Positions 54,501 to 61,990 of a stretch of DNA of 64,000 bases are shown one piece after another. This DNA comes from an uncultured delta proteobacterium. GTDB taxonomy: Bacteria > Desulfobacterota > Binatia > Bin18. Every line of letters begins with the position of its first letter. The stretch's first letter is position 1. Made by a program: the position numbers and the translations under genes. The stretch covers positions 39,947 through 103,946 of the forward strand of contig CAVTCR010000006.1 of assembly GCA_963733195.1 (NCBI GenBank). The letters are read 5' to 3'. The notes under the pieces were generated by a model. The model searched no databases. It saw nothing but the letters and a program-made list of their open reading frames with translations, and was not told where the DNA came from.

Positions 54501-55172
54501 CTACGACGTTGGTAAGGCTTTATCCATCGCATTCTGAGCCGCGGCCGGAATTGTTGTCGGAGTAGTCATTGCAGTTGCGTTAGCCTGAGTCATTTCAATA
54601 TCGATGGTGATAGTGACATCTTCACCTACAGCAACGCCACCAGTTTCCAGCGCAGCGTTCCAGGTTAACCCGAAGTCTTTCCGGTTGATCTTGGTGGAGG
54701 CCATGCCGCCGATGAGCGTCTTGCCTTGGGGGCTCTTGACGGGCTTGAGGTTTCCCTCAAAGTCTAGGACAACCTCTTTTGTAACGCCGTGAAGCGTGAG
54801 GTCTCCAGTGATCTTGTAGTTTCCGTCGCCTGCGCCTTTCTGAATTTTCTTGGACTTGAACGTCATCGTGGGATGCTTCGCAACGTCGAAAAAATCCGGG
54901 CTTCTTAAGTGGTCGTCTCGCTTGGCGATGCCAGTGTCGAGTGACGCAACATCAATCGTTGCCTCAACTGTTGACTTGGTGACATCTTGGTCATCGAGAT
55001 TGACTTTGCCTGAGACTTTGCGGAAGTCGCCACGTACGGTGGAAACCATCAAGTGACGGATGGCAAACTGGGCACTGGTGTGGGCAGGGTCGATCTCCCA
55101 GGTGGACGCCTGTCCGAGGGCAGGCAGTGCCAAGGTAACTGCAGCAAACGTGGACACAATATAACGACGCAT
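54501..55172 (-). CDS. YceI-family lipid/polyisoprenoid-binding protein
   Basis: Signal peptide; WEIDPAHT..F.IRHL, RDDHLRSPDFFD, INRKDFG. Confidence 0.92.
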   Translation of the reverse strand: MRRYIVSTFAAVTLALPALGQASTWEIDPAHTSAQFAIRHLMVSTVRGDFRKVSGKVNLDDQDVTKSTVEATIDVASLDTGIAKRDDHLRSPDFFDVAKHPTMTFKSKKIQKGAGDGNYKITGDLTLHGVTKEVVLDFEGNLKPVKSPQGKTLIGGMASTKINRKDFGLTWNAALETGGVAVGEDVTITIDIEMTQANATAMTTPTTIPAAAQNAMDKALPTS

Positions 55173-55320
55173 AAATCCTCCTCCTTCTCTCTAAGAAAAT
55201 TACTGTGACTGAAATTTATTCCCCCATCACGAAATGTTCTTTCACCCATAATGCTCAACGTGACATTCAAACAGGACTCTTCTTGCTGTGATGAAGAAGT
55301 GGGTTCGAAAGGAACGAAAA

Positions 55321-55347
55321 GTAGAGACGTGAATGTCGCGTCTCTAC
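55321..55347. repeat. GTAG-type REP palindrome
   Basis: GTAGAGACG..CGTCTCTAC. Confidence 0.7.
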
Positions 55348-55367
55348 AAGGCTTCATGATCCCGGAA

Positions 55368-56474
55368 TTAAGCGGCTTTAGTGCTCTGGGGACGATCGAG
55401 TGCTCGTAATTTTGGCATGACTTGGGTGGCGAACAATTCCTCCGAGCGCAAAACCTGCTGCTGAGCGAGATCACCAAAATTCATCCAACACAAGAAGTGA
55501 CCAGCACCGGTTTCTTCGATTTGCTCCGTGAGTTGTTGAGTGACTGTCTTAGGGCTGCCTGCGATGAGAATGCCATTGTTGAGAATGTCTTCATACGTCA
55601 TCGAGGCACCCACGAAGGGGCGGAAGAATTCCTTATAGTAGGCGTAGTCATCAGGCAGAGCATCCAGATCTTTGGGGACTGCGTGAGGGATGAACAAACG
55701 GAACAGATGATTCAGCGGTCCTTCGGCGAGCTTGCGTGCTTCTTCGTCGGTTTCGGCGACGAAAACGTTGCGCATCTGCACGATGTGTTGCGGGCCGACC
55801 TTGTGCCCTGCTTCAGCAGCGGTCTTGCGATAGAGGTCGAATCGCTGCTTACTAATCTTGGGCGGCAAAAATGCACTTGACATGGGATAGCCATTGCGAG
55901 CGGCCCACACGATGGTGTCCGGGCTCAGCGCAGTGACCCAGATCGGCGGATAGGGCTTTTGCAGTGGGCGCGGCCAGATGGTCGCGCGGCCAACCTTGCG
56001 AAACTTGCCATCGAATTCAAATTCCGGCTGCTGCCAAGCCTTGAGGATGAGATCTAAACCCTCTTCAAAACGTGGTCGCGCTTCTGGGTAGGGCATGCGA
56101 TGGCGGAGGAATTCTTGTTCATCGACGCCGCGACCAATACCAAACTCTAAGCGACCGTGTGTGAGTAGGTCGAGCATCGCACCTTCTTCAGCAAGTCGTA
56201 GTGGGTCATGAAATGGCAGCACGTTAATCATGACACCAATGCGAAGGCGGGAGGTGTGTTGCGAAAGGGCAGCAACCAGAAGATTCGGAGACGGCGTGAT
56301 CGAATAGGCCGTGAAATGGTGCTCGCCGAAAAAGACTGAGTCAAACCCAAGCTGCTCGGCACGAATATATTCTTGCATGCGCGAGTCATAGACTTCTGCG
56401 GCTCGCTGTGGGTCAAAATCCGTGGGGTTCGTTCCTCCTGGCCAGTGCATAATGTCAAAGAGTGAGAACTTCAT
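55368..56474 (-). CDS. LLM-class flavin-dependent oxidoreductase
   Basis: GEHHF, PLRLAEE.AMLD.L..GRLEFGIGRG, PRPLQKP.PPIW. Confidence 0.92.
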   Translation of the reverse strand: MKFSLFDIMHWPGGTNPTDFDPQRAAEVYDSRMQEYIRAEQLGFDSVFFGEHHFTAYSITPSPNLLVAALSQHTSRLRIGVMINVLPFHDPLRLAEEGAMLDLLTHGRLEFGIGRGVDEQEFLRHRMPYPEARPRFEEGLDLILKAWQQPEFEFDGKFRKVGRATIWPRPLQKPYPPIWVTALSPDTIVWAARNGYPMSSAFLPPKISKQRFDLYRKTAAEAGHKVGPQHIVQMRNVFVAETDEEARKLAEGPLNHLFRLFIPHAVPKDLDALPDDYAYYKEFFRPFVGASMTYEDILNNGILIAGSPKTVTQQLTEQIEETGAGHFLCWMNFGDLAQQQVLRSEELFATQVMPKLRALDRPQSTKAA

Positions 56475-56550
56475 GCTGCCTCCTGCAAAACGATAGAATT
56501 CAGCCTTCTATAAACTGTTTGCGCAGGTCAACAAAGAGGGGTCCGCGAGA

Positions 56551-56904
56551 CTAGAACCCGCTTTCCCAGATCCGACTGAGATCAAGAACAAACCCTGGCA
56601 GTTCTGGTTCCGCTGAGACCGAGGTGGGATTATCCAGACAAACAACCGTAACCTCTGGGCGGTACACATAGACGCGACGCTCAAGCAGGTCGAGTAACAG
56701 ACCGAGCCGAGCCCCATTGTCAATATACTCCTGCATTTTCTGCTGAACCGCCTTGAGACTATCAGAAGGAGAACGCAGTTCGATGACAAAGTCGGGGCAG
56801 AGCGGAAGGAACTTCTTTTTCTGAGCCGGTGTTAATGAGGCCAATCGTGATCGCTTTACCCATGCTGCGTCTGGGGAACGCATAGCCCCGTTGGGAAGGG
56901 TAAT
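56551..56904 (-). pseudogene. 5'-truncated Uma2-family endonuclease
   Basis: TLPNGAMRSPDAAWV, CPDFVIELRSPSD, KMQEYIDNG; the usual N-terminal third is missing. Confidence 0.8.
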
Positions 56905-56920
56905 TTGGTATACGCTTTCC

Positions 56921-57889
56921 CTATATTCCACCTCTTCCACAGGCTTGGGCAATACTTACGCGAACGCTCTCGTCGCAGCTCCCAATCACCCAAAAACTCA
57001 ACGCAGTGAAAGACGCTACGAGGACAAAGAGGAGCAGCCCCAGGAAAGTCAGGTGTGTGAAGGAGACGGGGTCGCCCCGCTGCAAGCGGCGGACAAGGCG
57101 GATTTGCAGGAGCGCAAGCGGGGACGTGAGGACGACAGCCAGGGCGACCTGCACGGGCAGGCCGATACACGCAGCGGCGCCGACGAGGCCGAAGGCGAGG
57201 AGGATAAGAGCATTGTGCAACCTGGCTCCGGTGCGGCGGCCCACGCGTACCAGCAACGTCCGCTTCCCGGCGGCTTCGTCACTCAGAAAATCGGGGAACT
57301 CAAAGGCCAGCAACATCGCCAGGTGCAACACTATGAGCGGTGCCGTCGCCAATAGCACTAAGAAGCTGGGCTGGCGGGCCTGCAGCACATGGCCCAGAGC
57401 CGGGACGAGGCCTGCGACGACAATCGAAGTCGTCAGCTCACCATAACCGGTGCTGGATAACGTAAGGGGCGGGCTGGAATAAAAGTAGGCACCTGTGAAG
57501 CCGAGCAAGAGGATGACCCACGCGCTCGACGGCACAGCGTAGGTAAAAATCAGCCGGCTCGCCATGGCCGCAGCTACCGCTAGGCACACCATCGCCGCGG
57601 TGAATGCCGTCTTGCGAGGTAGTTCACCGTGCACCAACACCCCACTGCCGCCCGAAAACGGGGTGCGGTTGTGGTTGAGGCGATCCGCTTCCACATCCCA
57701 ATATTCATTGAGATAGTGCGTCATCAACTGCAACGCGGTGATGGAGAGCTGGCCGCTCCAATACACGCCCAAGTCCATAGCAGAGCCTTGATACCGCGCG
57801 ATCAGTGCGCCGAGGGCATACAGCAAGACTCCACCTAAAAGAAACAACGGACGAGAGAGGCGGAGGAAGGCGATGAGTTTGCGTGCCAT
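56921..57889 (-). CDS. UbiA/MenA-like prenyltransferase
   Basis: HYLNEYWD..AD, FSGGSGVL, EFPD..SD..AGKRTL.VR.G; 3' end uncertain. Confidence 0.85.
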   Translation of the reverse strand: MARKLIAFLRLSRPLFLLGGVLLYALGALIARYQGSAMDLGVYWSGQLSITALQLMTHYLNEYWDVEADRLNHNRTPFSGGSGVLVHGELPRKTAFTAAMVCLAVAAAMASRLIFTYAVPSSAWVILLLGFTGAYFYSSPPLTLSSTGYGELTTSIVVAGLVPALGHVLQARQPSFLVLLATAPLIVLHLAMLLAFEFPDFLSDEAAGKRTLLVRVGRRTGARLHNALILLAFGLVGAAACIGLPVQVALAVVLTSPLALLQIRLVRRLQRGDPVSFTHLTFLGLLLFVLVASFTALSFWVIGSCDESVRVSIAQACGRGGI

Positions 57890-58025
57890 CAGTTCACTAG
57901 CCTTAAAAGAAGTAATATCGTTAGCTCGTAAGCAAAACAGTCTCCCAGGAAGCTGCGGAGCTGTTTGCTTTCTGGCATTCTTTTCTGTGGGCAACGATAC
58001 TACCGCGAGATTTACCAAAATTGTT

Positions 58026-58086
58026 GTCTATAGACATGAGCGGCAGCCCACGGCTTGCCGGGGCATGTCCGTTCGGGGGTAGGTGC
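58026..58086 (-). other. Degenerate attC site (attC-1)
   Basis: Minus strand: CACCTACC..CGAACGGACATGCCCCGGCAAGCCG..TGCCGCTCATGTC..TATAGAC; central palindrome intact, R boxes eroded; lies just after a cassette stop codon. Confidence 0.6.
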
Positions 58087-58108
58087 GTAATGAGCAAATA
58101 TACGGAGC

Positions 58109-58453
58109 CTACTGGTCTTGCTCCCAGTGGAACTTGTGCATAACACGGTGCACTACCGGGGCGAAGACGAGGCCCGCCGCGACAAGGAATACCAAGCCTG
58201 CGTAGAGCGCATACAGGCCAGCAAACAACTTACCTCCATCCGTTCGTGGCGCGTCTACAGGCCCCATTCCGCCCAAGAGCATTGCCGCATTCAAGAATGC
58301 ATCGCGCCATGGGAGTTGCTCGAAGTACTCGTAGCCCGCCATACCAAGCATGAGTGAGAGCAGCCGAGGGCGAACGCAGCCGCGACGTGGACGCAGCACT
58401 CGCCTGACGAACTGTTTGCGAGGGATCAGTGGATGTGCTTTGGGCTCGTACAC
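58109..58453 (-). CDS. Cassette-encoded small membrane protein (two TM plus pore-loop-like segment)
   Basis: GMAGY..FE.L.W.DAFLNAAMLLGGMGP...GK.FAG.YALY.G; flanked by attC sites; probable indels near the 5' end. Confidence 0.75.
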   Translation of the reverse strand: MYEPKAHPLIPRKQFVRRVLRPRRGCVRPRLLSLMLGMAGYEYFEQLPWRDAFLNAAMLLGGMGPVDAPRTDGGKLFAGLYALYAGLVFLVAAGLVFAPVVHRVMHKFHWEQDQ

Positions 58454-58481
58454 GAGAGTTCGAGCGATTAGAGTGCGAAGC

Positions 58482-58547
58482 GTCTAACGTTCGCGTTGAG
58501 CGGCACGCCGTTCTTCAGCGCGTCCACTCTCGAACGCGCTGTTAGAC
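58482..58547 (-). other. Intact attC site (attC-2, 66 bp)
   Basis: Minus strand GTCTAAC (R'') ... GTTAGAC (R'), imperfect palindrome; upstream gene stop TAA lies inside R''. Confidence 0.9.
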
Positions 58548-59010
58548 CGCTGATGGCTCGCGGCCAAAGTAATACTGCCGCCACTGAGCCACCACCTCCT
58601 GTCCATTGCTCCTTCATCATAAGCCGGCGAGATGAGCGGCTGCGCGGCTACCACCTCGATGACGACGATAGCCTTGATGCGACGTGGCGCATCAGCAAGC
58701 TTGCGCTGGGTGAAGAACGCCACCAATTCCTCGAAGATAGCTCCCTGCTCATGGACGACCGCACGGCCTTTGAAGCGGTACCCCTTGCGCCTGAAAGGAT
58801 CCACGACGTTGACTTCAATATTTTGATTCGCTCGGAGATTGGCTACGGTGCCGGGCGAGCGAAGGTCGGCAAAGATCAGATGCGCATCATCCAAAACGCA
58901 GAGGGTGCCCTTGGGCGAGACGTTGGGGTCCCGTCCGGGCACACCGTGGCCACGAACCCTAAGCGCACCTGCTCGATGACCTGCTTCATGTGCTGATTTA
59001 ACACTCGCAT
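58542..59010 (-). CDS. Cassette-encoded pyridoxamine 5'-phosphate oxidase-like FMN-binding protein (frameshifted)
   Basis: GFVATVCPDGTPNVSPKGT, FADLRSPGTVANL..N..IEVNVVDPF.RKGYRFKG. Confidence 0.85.
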
Positions 59011-59035
59011 TCTTACGTCTCCGTTATTCACCGCG

Positions 59036-59128
59036 GGCTAACGCTTAGCAGCCGCCGCCGCAGCCTAAACGTGCCTTTTCAGGTTCAGCAGGAACCGCTC
59101 GCGGGCTGCGGTCGGCCTGCCTGCTGTT
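59036..59128 (-). other. attC-3, main part (remainder at 60764-60771), split by IS110
   Basis: Plus strand GGCTAAC...CCGCAGCC/GGCTGCGG...TGTT; joining to AGCC at 60768 rebuilds a 97-bp GGCTAAC...GTTAGCC palindrome. Confidence 0.85.
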
Positions 59129-59210
59129 GATACTCATCCAGGCCTCCTTTGCTGCAAGTGGCAGCGGAAGAATGGCTGTCTCCCAACAATCCATTCTACA
59201 AGGAGGATCC

Positions 59211-60261
59211 CTGGAGGAATTTCTACACACGACACCATAGACATTATTGCGGCATCGATCTACCTGCGACGGCGATGTCCGTTTGCATCCTCGATCAAGC
59301 CGGGACGATCCTCGTTCATAAGAATCTGCCGACAACCCCCAAAGCGTTTTTGCGCGTCATTGCTTCCTATCGGGAGGATGTGGTCGTCGGCGTCGCGTGT
59401 ATCTTCACGTGGTAGTGGCTGGCGGACTTGTGTGCGAAGGAAGGGATTGCCGTTGTCCTGGGACACGCACTCTATATGCAGGCGAGTCATGGCGGCAAAG
59501 CCAAGAACGATAAGATTGATGCGCACAAGAGCGCGCTGTGGTTACGCGGCGGGATGATGCCCCACGCCTATGTCTATCCGGCCGAGCTGCGCGCCACCCG
59601 AGAGTTACTCTATCGTCGGTGTCATCTGGTGCAGAAACGGGGCGAACTCTTCGCCCACATCCAGAATACGAATAGTCAGGAGAACTTGACGGCAATTGGG
59701 AAAAAGTTGACGTACAAAGCCACTCGAGCGGGAGTCGCCGAGCATGTTCCCGCTCCGAGCATACGCAAAACCATTGAGATGGATGTGTCCCTCATGGATC
59801 ACTACGATCAATTGCTCGGTGAAGTGGACCTATTATATATTCCGCGCACCGCCAAACTGCACGAGGTGCAGACCTTCACGCCGTTACAATCCGTACCCGG
59901 GATTGGGCAGATGCTGGCTCGGGTTCTGCGCTATGAGAGTCAGGACAGCGCGCGCTTTCCGCGCATGCAAGACTTCGTTTCCTCTTGCCGCCTAGTGCAG
60001 TACGCCAAGGAGTCGAATGGCAAACGGCTGGGCACCTCGGGCAAAAAGACTGGCAACAGCCATCTCCGCTGGGCGTTTGCGGAAGCCGCCATACTCTTTA
60101 TTCGGCAGAGCCAACCCGGAAAAGCGTATTTTGCCACCCTCGAACACCAACATGGCAAAGCCAAAGCGCTCACGGTACTCGCCCACAAGTTGGGCCGGGC
60201 CGTGTATTACCTGCGCACGTGCGAACACGCGTTTGATCCCCAACGCTTTGTGACCGCGTAA
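59211..60261 (+). pseudogene. IS110 DEDD transposase/recombinase, degenerate
   Basis: YCGIDL, KNDKIDA, LQSVPGIG, ESNGK, GNSHLRWAFAEAA; in-frame TAG at 59413, no ATG, expected catalytic Glu reads Ala. Confidence 0.85.
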
Positions 60262-60763
60262 CCCCTGAGGGAAGAGCCCAAGCCCGCCGTCTAACCGGCC
60301 ACCAGCGAGCCGAACCTGTCTGAGGCGTCTTCCTGATCTACAGCCCTGACGTGCCGGACCCTCTGGACGACAGGCTCCGAGCCGCACGCCGTGATTGGAC
60401 GGTCTCTCTCGCTCATCTTCTTGGTAAGGCGTCACCAAGTGCCCCGTGGCTACCCCTCCACCGAGTCTGGACCTAACTAGGAGTGTCTCACGACACAATC
60501 CGCTATTTTGAGAAGACCGGCATGAGGGTACAGAAGAGTTTCTAGGGCGTGGCGTTTGCGAATGCCACTGTTTCCCGTGGACCATGGTCCACCGAAACAT
60601 GGACCCTCGATAGGTGTTTGGTGCAGCTACAGGCTGTGACCAGCAACCGAAATTAAGTCAGCCGCAAACACTTGGCAATGATGATTCACCAAATGTTATT
60701 CGGACGGCCACTCCGCCCCCGTAGGGCATCCGTCTGCCCTCTTGACATCGGCGGCCTCATAGG
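60262..60763 (+). ncRNA. Candidate bridge/seekRNA region of the IS110 element
   Basis: Structured non-coding 3' end; ATAGGTGTT (60610-60618) is identical to the element right end; two CTAAC-containing modules. Confidence 0.55.
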
Positions 60764-60784
60764 TGTTAGCCGAAGCAGCACTGC

Positions 60785-61138
60785 TCACTCCCCGAACGGT
60801 AAGAAGATGACCTGATTCATTAGATCTGCAGGTTCTCCAGCCTTCGCGATCAGTTCTAGATCTCCTACACATCTCCCGATCGACACGCGGAGTTGATGAG
60901 CATACACTATACCGTGGAATAGGAGGCCTGCACTTTGTCGTTTCGTCGCCTCGACTAAGAGATCGTCATCGCGTGTGAACAACACCCGCTCCAATTCACC
61001 AGCCCGATCCAGGAGCCTCACATCCTCAAGTTCACTGGTGCCATCTTCATAGGCAGTGAGCACCTCTACGCCACGGAGCCGAAGGCCGAGGGTGATTGTT
61101 CGGGGCACGTGTTGATCCATGTAGAAGGCAATGGGCAT
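60785..61138 (-). CDS. DUF5615 PIN-like toxin (cassette TA module)
   Basis: FYMDQHV, D..LL..A....RVLFTRDDD. Confidence 0.85.
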   Translation of the reverse strand: MPIAFYMDQHVPRTITLGLRLRGVEVLTAYEDGTSELEDVRLLDRAGELERVLFTRDDDLLVEATKRQSAGLLFHGIVYAHQLRVSIGRCVGDLELIAKAGEPADLMNQVIFLPFGE

Positions 61139-61449
61139 TAACTCAGCCTTCGAGCCTTCAGTTGCTCTACCAGTGAAGAGGAAGGCAACGTTTGCTGTAA
61201 CTGGTCAACGAGCTGTAGCCGTCGTTCCATGTCTCGATCAAGCTCGGCTTTATGATCCCAATAGTATGCCAGCGCCGAGTGGATCTGTCCCATCGTCAGA
61301 TGAGGATGTTGAAAATGTAACTCTTCTGGGCTCCAGCCATAGGCGAGTTGATCCAAAACAAGTTCAATGACTTTCACTCGCGTGCCCGCAATCAACGGTA
61401 CGTGTGCCTCATCTAGGATAATATGTTCGTAACGCGTTTCGCTCAGCAC
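61138..61449 (-). CDS. DUF433 antitoxin (cassette TA module)
   Basis: PLIAGTRVKV, GWSPEEL..QHPHLT..QI.SALAYY.DH; AAGGAGG RBS, GTG start, 1-bp overlap with the toxin. Confidence 0.88.
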   Translation of the reverse strand: MLSETRYEHIILDEAHVPLIAGTRVKVIELVLDQLAYGWSPEELHFQHPHLTMGQIHSALAYYWDHKAELDRDMERRLQLVDQLQQTLPSSSLVEQLKARRLS

Positions 61450-61475
61450 TGAAGGAACCTCCTTTCTCCTCAATG

Positions 61476-61505
61476 AGTGTACGTCTGGGATTGTCTCCAT
61501 GTAAA
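61476..61505 (-). promoter_or_regulatory. Sigma70-like promoter internal to the TA cassette
   Basis: Minus strand TTTACA-N18-TACACT. Confidence 0.55.
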
Positions 61506-61517
61506 GAGGATTGCGAC

Positions 61518-61609
61518 GGCTAACGCTGGCGGTCACCGCGAGCTGCCCAACCGAGAACTTTGGCTTCAGCAGAACCGCCACCGGGCAGCAATGCGGTGCA
61601 GCGCCTTGT
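61518..61609 (-). other. attC-4, interrupted at R'' by a group II intron
   Basis: Plus strand GGCTAAC..CACCGC..GCTGCCC/GGGCAGC..GCGGTG..TTGT then the intron start. Confidence 0.85.
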
Positions 61610-61990
61610 GTACGCCCGGCATGGGCGTGAGTGTGGGGGTGCAAGTCCCCTGTAGGAGGTTCACCTTCATGAATCGCAGGATACATGAGGATAACTACAA
61701 GTCCAAGGCAAGGGCGTCACCGCGAGGTGGGGTCTGAAGGAAGCCGGCGACCGCGTTGCGAGGCGAGGAACACGAACGGCATAGAAGGCTCACTTCCCGG
61801 GACGAGTTGGCACAACACAACGAAGTCCTGTGAATCGGGGGATCGGGTAAATGCCGCGCTTGTGCAACGACCACTCACGGTCTTATCCGGGGAGATCTGC
61901 TCCGTGTCCTGGGAAGTGGCGTGCCACGGAAATTGACTAAGCGCGGGCGAAACCGCGCTGAGCCCGGCAGAAGTCAGCCGCGGGCATAGT
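61610..61990 (+). mobile_element. Group IIC-attC-type intron, 5' part (domains I, II and start of III)
   Basis: GTACG-CCCGG start pairing with CCGGG 61887-61891, GGGTGCAAGTCCC, EBS1 loop ACAA (61812) complementary to TTGT, GGAGATCTG..CAGAAGTCAGCCG..CATAGT. Confidence 0.85.

Larger units (their letters stand above)
59129..60767 (+). mobile_element. IS110-family (IS1111-attC-like) insertion sequence
   Basis: TGTT present at both junctions (59125-59128, 60764-60767); DEDD transposase remnant; about 500-bp 3' non-coding end; inserted antiparallel to the cassettes. Confidence 0.85.

Noticed and set aside
54476-54530. Short direct repeat at the 3' end of the YceI gene read as a target-site duplication
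   Set aside because: It is better explained as a repeated AMDKALP peptide in the protein tail, with indel errors
58026-61609. Spaced palindromes read as a CRISPR array
   Set aside because: The repeats are not identical, the spacers are whole genes and no cas genes are present; they fit attC sites
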